From Candidatus Electronema aureum (GTDB lineage: Bacteria > Desulfobacterota > Desulfobulbia > Desulfobulbales > Desulfobulbaceae): 32,000 nucleotides of DNA. The stretch spans positions 1 to 32,000 of the forward strand of contig NQJD01000009.1 of assembly GCA_004284765.1 (NCBI GenBank), given 5' to 3'. The notes under the pieces are model-generated. The model ran no database searches. It was given only the letters and a program-made list of their open reading frames with translations, and had not been told where the DNA came from. Made by a program: the position numbers and the translations under genes. Positions within the stretch are counted from its first letter, which is position 1. Each line of letters begins with the position of its first letter. Shown here one piece after another: positions 7,897 to 15,640 of the stretch.

Positions 7897-8182
7897 TTTT
7901 CACGTCTCCCTGAACGTTTCCACCGATTATATTGGAGCCAACAGCTTCTTTGATGTTAATACTGCTGTCTGAAAAATTTATGATCAATTCATTTTTGTTG
8001 CTATAATCAGTGTTTGATATAAACAAATAAAGGTGATCAATAACTTGCTTGATGAATCCGGTATTAGTATTCGATACGAGAAGTAAATGAAAATTATTCA
8101 CAAAAATAATTTTCAATCCATCTATCCACTCATAGCGGTGTATCCTTCTAACCTTTCGTTGTTCCTTAATATAAAGAAACAT
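7889..8182 (-). CDS. Orphan small soluble protein ending in a GGNVxGxV motif
   Basis: 97 aa, ATG start, no clear SD. The C-terminus SSINIKEAVGSNIIGGNVQGDVKNG repeats the motif at the N-terminus of the next ORF. Confidence 0.35.
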   Translation of the reverse strand: MFLYIKEQRKVRRIHRYEWIDGLKIIFVNNFHLLLVSNTNTGFIKQVIDHLYLFISNTDYSNKNELIINFSDSSINIKEAVGSNIIGGNVQGDVKNG

Positions 8183-8189
8183 TTTTATA

Positions 8190-8510
8190 TTAAAAATAAT
8201 ATATAATAATTATCCATATAAAAATATAATCATTATTGAAATTTATAAGTTTATACCTTATCCCTAATCCATCTACTAAGAAAAACATCGCAAATAATGA
8301 ACAAATACCAACTAAAACCATGAACAAAAAATATTTAATTATTAATTCGAAATATCCTACTTGAAAAATTTCTACACCTGCTTCTTTCTTGAAAGATCCA
8401 AAGTTTAATGATACTATATTATGTATCGAGTAAATGCTATCTCCGCAACGCAAGGCATTACCTTTGATCGTCACAAGAGCATTGCGGAATTCTTTCACCT
8501 CTAAGTTCAA
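8190..8510 (-). CDS. Orphan small membrane protein (soluble N-terminal ~45 aa, then hydrophobic helices)
   Basis: 106 aa, TTG start 5 nt downstream of GAGGTG. Hydrophobic stretch IIKYFLFMVLVGICSLFAMFFLV and an Ile/Tyr/Phe-rich tail. Very AT-rich. Confidence 0.4.
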   Translation of the reverse strand: MNLEVKEFRNALVTIKGNALRCGDSIYSIHNIVSLNFGSFKKEAGVEIFQVGYFELIIKYFLFMVLVGICSLFAMFFLVDGLGIRYKLINFNNDYIFIWIIIIYYF

Positions 8511-8566
8511 GTCAACACCTCACAAGGTTATACCGACTATAAACCTTCAGCTTCATCCTTTGAAAA

Positions 8567-8854
8567 TCAGCTAATATAACCCCATTTTCTGAACTGTTCT
8601 TGCAACGCAGAATCATTTTTGAAGGCTTGAAAGAAGATATATTCAGGGGCTAAATCAGCACCGTTTGGCCAGACAAGCGTTTCCAGCTCGTTATCAACAA
8701 TAAAGGAGGAAAACATCGCCTGATTCTTGAGCGGTTCAAAAACAGGGCCGCTCAATGCCTCGGATAAATCTGCTATCCCTTGTTGACCATTACTAAATGC
8801 AACTTCCACCTTGTATCCTTCAAGATACTCGGCATCTTTAATATGAAGAAACAT
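8567..8854 (-). CDS. DUF2442 family protein
   Basis: MFLHIKDAEYLEGYKVEVAFSNGQQGIADLS...VFEPLKN...FSSFIVDNELETLVWPNGADLAPEYIF matches the DUF2442 pattern as I recall it. I chose the start at 8854 (MFLHIK) rather than the ORF-track 8902. Confidence 0.75.
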   Translation of the reverse strand: MFLHIKDAEYLEGYKVEVAFSNGQQGIADLSEALSGPVFEPLKNQAMFSSFIVDNELETLVWPNGADLAPEYIFFQAFKNDSALQEQFRKWGYIS

Positions 8855-8856
8855 TC

Positions 8857-9114
8857 TTACTCCAATGGTTCGACAGAATTGGGAGCCGCCTTTTTCCGGC
8901 ACAGCTCCCAGTTTTCAATCAACTCATTCTGATGCAGTTCGTGCCATTCAAGCACATGCCGCAAAGCTCTCTTTGGAAACCGTCCTTCCACCACGCCGGT
9001 ATGAATATCTACCGTGATTTCATAGCCATCGTATTTTGCATGAAAATGTGGAGGGCTATGATCATCCCAGTACATGGCGATGATGATTCCAAGGAATCTG
9101 CTTATGATCGGCAT
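8857..9114 (-). CDS. DUF4160 family protein
   Basis: MPIISRFLGIIIAMYWDDHSPPHFHAKYDGYE...RALRHVLEWHELHQNELIENW is the classic DUF4160 N-terminal signature. Start taken at 9114, 14 nt after the upstream stop. Directly abuts the DUF2442 gene. Confidence 0.8.
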   Translation of the reverse strand: MPIISRFLGIIIAMYWDDHSPPHFHAKYDGYEITVDIHTGVVEGRFPKRALRHVLEWHELHQNELIENWELCRKKAAPNSVEPLE

Positions 9115-9128
9115 GTCGGCAGCAATAC

Positions 9129-10769
9129 CTAACAAATATACTTAATCCCCAGCCGCTGCGCCGCGTCCGCGTCGTCAATGCCGAGGGCATCGGCCATGCC
9201 GATGGGCAGGCTCTGCGAGCGGCCCAACGGTGCCATGATCTTCTTCATCTCTATCCTGATCGACGAGAAGACATCGGCCACGCGCTGGGCGACATCATCC
9301 GGGTCAAGCCTGCGGTAGAGCTTGGGATTCTGGCTGGTGATGCCCTTGGGACAAATGCCGGTGTTGCAGACGTTGCAGCGGCCCATCTCGTTGCCAAGAC
9401 AGCCCGCGCAGGCCTGCATAATGTACTTGCCCATATGCACACCCGACGCGCCGAGCATGATCAGGGCCATGCCGTTCTGGGTGACGTTGCCGTTCTTGCC
9501 GATGCCGCCTGCGGCAAAGAGCGGAATCTCGTTCTGGCGGCCTTGGGCGACCAATTCGAGATAGCACTCGCGCAGGTTGGAGGCAATCGGGTGGCCGGTC
9601 GCATCCATGCTGATGTTGTAGGCCGCGCCGGTGCCGCCGTCAATGCCGTCAATCAGCAGACCGCCCGCGTAAGGATTGCGCACCAAGTTGTTCAGCACCG
9701 ACTTGGCCGAGGTGGAGCCGGAAATCTTGGGATAGACCGGCACCCGGAAACCGAAGGCCATGGACATGGTCTGAATCATCTTCATCACGCTTTCCTCAAT
9801 CGAGTAGAGCGTCTGATGCACGGGCGGCGAAGGCAGGTCAACCCCTTCCGGCACGCCGCGCAGGCGGGCGATCAGCTTGCTGACTTTAAACCACATCAGC
9901 AGGCCGCCGTCACCGGGCTTCGCGCCTTGGCCGTACTTGATCTCAATGGCCGCCGGGTCGCACTGCATCTCCGGGATAGCCCGGATGATCTCATCCCAGC
10001 CGAAATAACCGGAAGCAATTTGCAGGATGATGTACTTCAGGAATGGACTGCGCAGCACCCAAGGCGGGCAGCCGCCCTCACCAGTGGCCATGACCACCGG
10101 AATGCCGAGCACCTCGTTGCAATACGCCACGCCTTGGAGCAGACCCAGCCACATGTTGGGCGAGAGCGCACCAAAGGACATCGAGCCGATCACGAACGGG
10201 AATATCTCGCGGGTCGGCGGAATCCACTCGCCTGCGAGCTGGCGGCGGAGAAATTCCTCCGGCGGCAGAATGCGGCCCAGAATGGTGTTGATGTTGAACT
10301 CATGCCGCCCAGCATCCAGAGCCGGGTCAGTGAGCATCGAAATCCGGTCAAAAGCGATGCGGTCAAGGATGGTCTTGCCCGGCACGTTGCGGCGACCGCC
10401 GCGCTTCCAAGCATCGCCCTTCTCGTCCATGTGAAAGCGCGAGCGATGCTCGTTCGTGTTCGGCACCGGGCTGATGGCCTCATTCGGGCAGACCGAAGAG
10501 CACATACCGCAGCCGATGCACATCTTGTCAATCGCCGTGTGCTGGCGGATGCCGACAAAGTGGCGGTAGTCGTTGCCGCGCTTCTTCTGGAGGATGTCTA
10601 ATTTCGGCACCCGCTGCCTGCGGTAGGTCAGATAAATCGCCTGCTTGGGGCAGACAGCCGTGCATTGGCCGCACAGGGTGCAGCGGTCTTCGCGGTGCTG
10701 AATGATCCACGGCAGATCGCCGCTGGTCAGGCTGCTTGGCTGAGTGTAAATTGATCGAACTGAGACCAT
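9129..10769 (-). CDS. Glutamate synthase FMN-binding subunit (GltB domain-2-like) with N-terminal 2x[4Fe-4S] ferredoxin
   Basis: CTLCGQCTAVCP and CIGCGMCSSVCP clusters, then ...GSMSFGALS..., VMATGEGG, KPGDGG, IDGIDGGTGAA, FAAGGIG, which are typical of the GltS FMN domain. Confidence 0.9.
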   Translation of the reverse strand: MVSVRSIYTQPSSLTSGDLPWIIQHREDRCTLCGQCTAVCPKQAIYLTYRRQRVPKLDILQKKRGNDYRHFVGIRQHTAIDKMCIGCGMCSSVCPNEAISPVPNTNEHRSRFHMDEKGDAWKRGGRRNVPGKTILDRIAFDRISMLTDPALDAGRHEFNINTILGRILPPEEFLRRQLAGEWIPPTREIFPFVIGSMSFGALSPNMWLGLLQGVAYCNEVLGIPVVMATGEGGCPPWVLRSPFLKYIILQIASGYFGWDEIIRAIPEMQCDPAAIEIKYGQGAKPGDGGLLMWFKVSKLIARLRGVPEGVDLPSPPVHQTLYSIEESVMKMIQTMSMAFGFRVPVYPKISGSTSAKSVLNNLVRNPYAGGLLIDGIDGGTGAAYNISMDATGHPIASNLRECYLELVAQGRQNEIPLFAAGGIGKNGNVTQNGMALIMLGASGVHMGKYIMQACAGCLGNEMGRCNVCNTGICPKGITSQNPKLYRRLDPDDVAQRVADVFSSIRIEMKKIMAPLGRSQSLPIGMADALGIDDADAAQRLGIKYIC

Positions 10770-11863
10770 ATCAGGAGTTCCTTTCTGTCAGGGGGAATGA
10801 TGACTGTATGTTCGCGCATGGGCTGGAAGTCAAGGCTCGGATCGCGGTCCGGGATCAGGGCCTCCACGCCGCACATCTCCGAGGCGATGGCCCAGGCGCC
10901 GGGCCGCCCTCCGACTGTGGCGGGCCGCATCTTCTTCTGATCCATGACCAGCAAGCAGCTTTCGTCCGGCAAGGTGCCGATGACTGCGTTCGGGCCGTCA
11001 ATGATCAAACGGCGGCAGGCGGTGCGCAGGCCCTTGAGGAACTCGCCCTGCGGATGCTTGTTCAGCTCCTCGGTCTTCAGCGGGGTGATGACGTGCTTGT
11101 AGCAGGCCAGCGGCAGATTGAGCTTCTTGGTCACGTAATGAAGAATGTGCGCAAAAACCTCGGAATCCGATTGATAACCCATGTAGCCGGGAATCCGTTT
11201 GCCTTCCAGCCATTCTTTGATCGGCACAAAGGCGGTGTTCTCGCCGTTGGTCATCGTGGCGATGCCCTGAATGAAGAAGGGATGGCAGGCGTAGAGATTG
11301 ATGCCGTAGTTGGTGTTCTGCCGCCCCTGCGCCATGACCACCCGCGCCTTGATGCGGTCGTCGTTGAGGCCCAGCGCGTCGCCGATGTCCAGCGGCCAGC
11401 CTACTTCCTTGATCATGATCACGTCCGGCCAGAAGGAGAACACGGTCAGATCGCCGCCGTGCTGTTCGCCGTCCTTGCGCAGAAAGAGCCGGGTCTGCAT
11501 CAGCTTGTCTTCCAGCTCCGCCTCGCTCATTCCCTGCGGTTTTTTATAAACCCGGACGATGTACTGATAGCGGTCTTTGGCCTCAATCAGGGCGGAGTTG
11601 ACCTTAAACTGATGGTCGTACTCCTGCTCAAAGCCGCGCTCCTCCATGTGCTTGTGCAGCCGTCGGAAAGCGGCCTCGCTGTGGGCGATGCCGGACAGAA
11701 TCAGGTGCTCTTCTTTTTTGTAATTGAAATCCGCAAAGCTAACCCCGCGCAGCAGCAGGCCAAGGCCGCTGCCGTCATATCCCTCCTGCATGGCTTCCAT
11801 GCCGGTCAGAACCTCGTAGGGGGAAAAGGGGATGTCTGCGGTTTTCAGGGCTAATCGACACAT
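10727..11863 (-). CDS. Class-II (Ntn) glutamine amidotransferase subunit of archaeal-type glutamate synthase
   Basis: Starts MCRLALK (catalytic Cys2), then DGSGLG and MAQGRQNTNYG...HPF. First gene of the operon; overlaps the next gene by 43 nt. Confidence 0.85.
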   Translation of the reverse strand: MCRLALKTADIPFSPYEVLTGMEAMQEGYDGSGLGLLLRGVSFADFNYKKEEHLILSGIAHSEAAFRRLHKHMEERGFEQEYDHQFKVNSALIEAKDRYQYIVRVYKKPQGMSEAELEDKLMQTRLFLRKDGEQHGGDLTVFSFWPDVIMIKEVGWPLDIGDALGLNDDRIKARVVMAQGRQNTNYGINLYACHPFFIQGIATMTNGENTAFVPIKEWLEGKRIPGYMGYQSDSEVFAHILHYVTKKLNLPLACYKHVITPLKTEELNKHPQGEFLKGLRTACRRLIIDGPNAVIGTLPDESCLLVMDQKKMRPATVGGRPGAWAIASEMCGVEALIPDRDPSLDFQPMREHTVIIPPDRKELLIWSQFDQFTLSQAA

Positions 11864-11937
11864 AAATGACTCCCGGAAATTCGATGCTGGATATGCGCAA
11901 GGCCGGAGGGTTATTTTTCCGGCATAAAAAAGACTTG

Positions 11938-11966
11938 ACAGTACAAAAAAAACAGCGTGCTGTCAA
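11938..11966 (-). promoter_or_regulatory. Candidate sigma70-type promoter of the glutamate synthase operon, embedded in a 10-bp inverted repeat
   Basis: Minus strand reads TTGACA-17 nt-TACTGT, ~70 nt upstream of the ATG at 11863. The same DNA forms the inverted repeat TTGACAGTAC-N12-GTGCTGTCAA (11935-11966). Confidence 0.3.
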
Positions 11967-12074
11967 ATAGAAAGAGCTACAAGCCAGCTATGCTGGATTT
12001 CCGCAAAGTTTTTTCGCCGGTGTCTTCCTTCTGGATTGTTTGTGATATCCATCGCTTTTTCTCTTTCGCAAAAC

Positions 12075-12103
12075 TTGTTCAACCACGCCGTTTAGACTAT
12101 ACT
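12075..12103 (+). promoter_or_regulatory. Candidate sigma70-type promoter of the substrate-binding protein gene
   Basis: TTGTTC-17 nt-TATACT, ~45 nt upstream of the ATG at 12148. Confidence 0.35.
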
Positions 12104-12147
12104 TGGCGACCAACCTGTTCAACCTTAAACAACAACGAATTGCCTAT

Positions 12148-13968
12148 ATGTTCAAGACCCTTCTCTTCGGCCTGATGCTGGCCTTTCTTGCTCTTCTCGC
12201 CCCGACTAAGAGCCACGCTGCGCACGGGGTATCTATTGACGGCAAGCTGAAATACCCTGCTGGGTACAGCCAATTTGACTACACCTCTGCGGCAGCAAAA
12301 AAAGGCGGCAGTCTGACACTGCACGATATCGGCAGTTTTGATAAGATGAATCCCTATACTCTCAAGGGAACTCCGCCGTTTGGGCTGGACAACTTTGTCT
12401 TTGAGCCGCTGGCTGTGAGCAGTTTAGACGAGCCGTTCGCCGCCTACGGTTTGATTGCCAAGGATATTGAGTTGGCGGCGGATAAAAAATCCGTTACCTT
12501 CACCTTGGATGAACGAGCCAAATTTTCTGATGGCTACCCTGTTATGGCAGAGGATGTCAAGTATTCGTTAGACACGCTGAAAAGCGACAAGGCTCACCCT
12601 TCATACCAGATTTATCTTCAAGACATCAGCAATGCGGAGATTCTTGAGCCGCTGAAGATTCGCTTCAATTTTGCTAAAGTCAATCGCGAGCTGCACATGC
12701 TTGCGGCCCAGCTGCCAGTGCTGAACAAGAAATATTACGAGAAGAACGGCTTTGGCGAGGACAGTAAGGCGGACCCTATGCTGCCGCCGGTCGGCTCTGG
12801 ACCGTACCTTGTCAAAGAGGTTAATCCGGGCAAGGCTATTACCTATGCTCGCAACCCAAACTACTGGGCTGCTGATCATCCTGCCCGTAAGGGTATGTTC
12901 AACTTCGATACGGTCATGGTCAAGTATTTCAAGGATCAGATCGTCGGTGTGGAGGCGTTCAAGGCAGGCGACTTTGACTATATGTGGGTTAATGTTGCCA
13001 AGCAATGGCAGCGTGACCTTACAGGCCGTCAGTTCGACAGCGGCAAGCTACTGAGGAAGGAGTTCCCGCACAACAACAACGCGGGGATGCAGGGCTTTCT
13101 CTTCAACACCCGGCGACCTTTCTTCAACGACCGTAAAGTGCGGCAGGCACTCGGCTTGGCCTTTGATTTTGAATGGGCCAACAGCTCCTTGTTCTTTAAC
13201 CAATACACCCGGAACAATTCCTATTTCAGCAACTCCGAGCTGGCGGCAACCGGGTTACCCAGTGAAGCCGAACTGAAGCTACTCAAACCCTTGCAGGAAA
13301 AATATTCTGAGGCAATGCCGCCAGAGGTTTTCACTCAGCCGTTAGTTGCGCCGAGCACCACGCCGCCGAACAGTCTGCGCGGCAATCTCAAGCTGGCCCA
13401 ACAGATGCTGACAGAACAGGGCTGGCAGATCAAGGACGGGGTGCTGACTGGCAAGGACGGCACTAAGTTCGAGTTTGAGATACTCCTCTCCGGCTCTTTC
13501 TTCGACCGGGTCATGGCCCCTTATGTGAAGAACTTAGAAAAACTGGGCATTAAGGCTAAGTATCGACTGATTGACCCAGCTCTGTATGAAGACCGAATCA
13601 AGAGTTTCAATTTCGATATGATCGTGCATAGCTTTAGTCAGTCGCAGTCTCCGGGCAATGAACAGCGGGACAACTGGGCCTCGTCTTCTGCCTCGCACCA
13701 AGGTTCAGGCAATGTAGCCGGAGTGCAATCACCGATAGTGGATAGCTTAGTCGATTCATTGATCTATGCTCAAAGCCAAGACGAGCTGACTGCGGCCTGC
13801 AAAGCCTTGGATCGGGTGCTGTGGTACGGCTATTATGTCGTACCCAACTGGTATTTAGCGTATCATCGGGTGGCCTTTGCCAGCAAACTCAAGCTACCGG
13901 AGAAACTGCCGCTCTACTACAATCCCTATCAGCAGCTCTGGACGTGGTGGACGGAGGAAGGCAAGTAG
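12148..13968 (+). CDS. ABC transporter substrate-binding protein, family 5 (peptide/YejA-like)
   Basis: Signal peptide MFKTLLFGLMLAFLALLAPTKSHA, then GGSLTLHDIGSFDKMNPYTLKG...GSGPYLVKE...ITYARNPNYW, typical of SBP family 5. Start moved to 12148 from the ORF-track TTG at 12103. No permease or ATPase genes are adjacent. Confidence 0.85.
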   Translation: MFKTLLFGLMLAFLALLAPTKSHAAHGVSIDGKLKYPAGYSQFDYTSAAAKKGGSLTLHDIGSFDKMNPYTLKGTPPFGLDNFVFEPLAVSSLDEPFAAYGLIAKDIELAADKKSVTFTLDERAKFSDGYPVMAEDVKYSLDTLKSDKAHPSYQIYLQDISNAEILEPLKIRFNFAKVNRELHMLAAQLPVLNKKYYEKNGFGEDSKADPMLPPVGSGPYLVKEVNPGKAITYARNPNYWAADHPARKGMFNFDTVMVKYFKDQIVGVEAFKAGDFDYMWVNVAKQWQRDLTGRQFDSGKLLRKEFPHNNNAGMQGFLFNTRRPFFNDRKVRQALGLAFDFEWANSSLFFNQYTRNNSYFSNSELAATGLPSEAELKLLKPLQEKYSEAMPPEVFTQPLVAPSTTPPNSLRGNLKLAQQMLTEQGWQIKDGVLTGKDGTKFEFEILLSGSFFDRVMAPYVKNLEKLGIKAKYRLIDPALYEDRIKSFNFDMIVHSFSQSQSPGNEQRDNWASSSASHQGSGNVAGVQSPIVDSLVDSLIYAQSQDELTAACKALDRVLWYGYYVVPNWYLAYHRVAFASKLKLPEKLPLYYNPYQQLWTWWTEEGK

Positions 13969-13973
13969 TGGCA

Positions 13974-14411
13974 ATGGAGGCGATAACCTTGTTTCTGCCT
14001 GATCTGGCTGCCACAGCCGAGCTGGGCCGTCAGTTAGGCAGGAAGGCGCAGAATGGTGATGTCATCCTCTTGTACGGCGGGCTTGGGGTTGGTAAAACCA
14101 CCCTCACCCAAGCCATTGCCGTTGGGCTGGAGGTGCCGCCGGATCAGTATGTCAGCAGCCCATCCTTTGCTCTTCTGCACGAATACCAAGGCCGTCTGCC
14201 GCTCTTTCATCTTGATTGCTACCGGTTAGCAGGTGAGGAGGATGTGGAAGGGGCAGGATTAGCTGAGTGCATCGGCAGAACCGGCCTGACTGTGATTGAA
14301 TGGCCGGAACGGTTGGGTAACCTGCGGCCTGAGGAACGGTTAGATATTTTCATAGAAGCGATCAGCGAAAGCGAGCGGCTGTGCAGGATGGAGGCGTGGG
14401 GGAAAGGTTGA
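13974..14411 (+). CDS. tsaE: tRNA t6A37 biosynthesis ATPase TsaE (YjeE)
   Basis: LYGGLGVGKTTLTQAI (P-loop), SPSFALLHEY, HLDCYRL and IEWPE are hallmark TsaE motifs. An alternative GTG start at 13968 overlaps the upstream stop. Confidence 0.85.
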   Translation: MEAITLFLPDLAATAELGRQLGRKAQNGDVILLYGGLGVGKTTLTQAIAVGLEVPPDQYVSSPSFALLHEYQGRLPLFHLDCYRLAGEEDVEGAGLAECIGRTGLTVIEWPERLGNLRPEERLDIFIEAISESERLCRMEAWGKG

Positions 14412-14494
14412 GATGTAAAAAATAGATTTTCGGGCAACCTATTGATTATAAAATAAATAAAATAACAGAGGTACTATACTGCTGAAAAAATTTT

Positions 14495-14519
14495 CGGTGA
14501 ATTCAAGTTCCAAGTGCAA
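14495..14519. repeat. IS30 terminal inverted repeat (transposase 3' side)
   Basis: Reverse complement of 15541-15565 with 3 mismatches. The transposase stop (14503) lies inside it. Confidence 0.8.
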
Positions 14520-15463
14520 GCGTTAAGTAGTCTCGCCAAAATAGCTCTTTTGGTGTTTTAAATCCAAAAAATTTTCGAGACCTGTTGTTGAGCTTTTCCA
14601 TAATAGCTTTAACATCCTGCGTGTCCAGCGTGTCAAAGCTCGCTCCTTTTGGGAGGTATTGCCGTATAAGTCCGTTCGTATTTTCGTTGAGCCGCGCGTT
14701 GCCAAGCCTGATACGGATGCGCGAAGAAGCAGTCTGCCTGAAGAGTGCTTGCGAACTCCTGATGCAAGGCAAATTCCTTGCCGTTGTCGCAGGTTAGGGT
14801 ATGAACTTGGTCTTGGTAGGGAAGGAGGGTTTGGACAAGTGCCTGATTGACGCTATCTGCCCGTTTATCCGGGGCAAGAGCGATAACTCGCGTCTTCCGT
14901 TCTGCCAAGGTGATAAGAACAGCTCCTCCCCGACGACCGATCACCGTATCCACCTCCCAATCACCAATCCGAGAACGTTCTTCAACGATGTCGGGGCGAT
15001 GATCTCTCGAGACCCGGTTTTTAATCGTGCCCCGTCGGTCAGTGCTGCCATAAGTTTTCTTTTTTTTTCGGCAGCATAGATGGATATACAGAGTTCCTCC
15101 GTGCTGCTTGTCATGAGCAACATGTTGATAGATTCGTTCATGACTGACCTGAAGATTTTTGGTTGCGGAGAGCCAGCCGCTGATGTGTTCAGGACTCCAA
15201 TCTTCGCGGAGAAGATCATTGACAATATGCCATATTTCTTCAGAAATTCTCCGCTCGGCCTTTTCTTGGCGGCGTTGACCAGCCAGTTGTTGTGCCTGCT
15301 GGGGCCGATAGCCGCGTTCACCGCAATTACGCTGCAATTCTCGACCGATAGTTGATCTGTGTCGGCCAAGCTGCAAGGCTATGGCTGATTTCTGATGCCC
15401 TGCTTGCTTTAAGGCGTAAATTTGATTACGTTCTGCTTCGGTGAGTTGTGTGTAGTTTTTCAT
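14503..15463 (-). pseudogene. IS30-family transposase, split by a frameshift near 14690-14705
   Basis: ORF 14633-15463 carries the HTH (LGRHRSTIGRELQRN), DWEVDTV and LTCDNGKEF, and ends ...FFAHPYQAWQRAAQRK. ORF 14503-14772 in another frame continues ...LNENTNGLIRQYLPKGASF...LNNRSRKFFGFKTP. The frames join at the CGCGCGG run, consistent with a 1-nt insertion. The catalytic E (NENTNG) lies downstream of the shift. Confidence 0.8.
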
Positions 15464-15540
15464 CCGTGCTCCTCTTGCTTGCCGGTAAGAAATGAGCCAT
15501 CATGCTACCACAACTCACTTTTCTTACAACCAGACAAAAG

Positions 15541-15565
15541 TTGCACTTACAAGTTGAATTCACCG
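15541..15565. repeat. IS30 terminal inverted repeat (transposase 5' side)
   Basis: Pairs with 14495-14519. Confidence 0.8.
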
Positions 15566-15640
15566 GCAAAAACAGGTGTTCCCGCAACAGAACACTGTAC
15601 TACGAAACAGGCCGATAGGCCGAAACAGACAGAGGAACAG

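Larger units (their letters stand above)
14495..15565 (-). mobile_element. IS30-family insertion sequence (1071 bp) with frameshifted transposase
   Basis: Terminal inverted repeats CGGTGAATTCAAGTTCCAAGTGCAA (14495-14519) and TTGCACTTACAAGTTGAATTCACCG (15541-15565) match at 22 of 25 positions. They enclose an IS30-type transposase reading frame. I found no convincing target-site duplication by eye. Confidence 0.85.

Noticed and set aside
9435-11854. Long plus-strand ORFs 9435-10601 (388 aa) and 10736-11854 (372 aa) antisense to the FMN and amidotransferase subunits
   Set aside because: Same shadow-ORF reasoning. They have no recognisable motifs, and the opposite strand carries clear conserved domains.
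15422-15640. ORF-track start of the exonuclease I ORF at 15422, giving a 73-aa N-terminal extension
   Set aside because: The extension begins inside the IS30 element, has no similarity to ExoI, and bypasses a good RBS+ATG at 15641. From 15641 the protein aligns from its first residues with ExoI.
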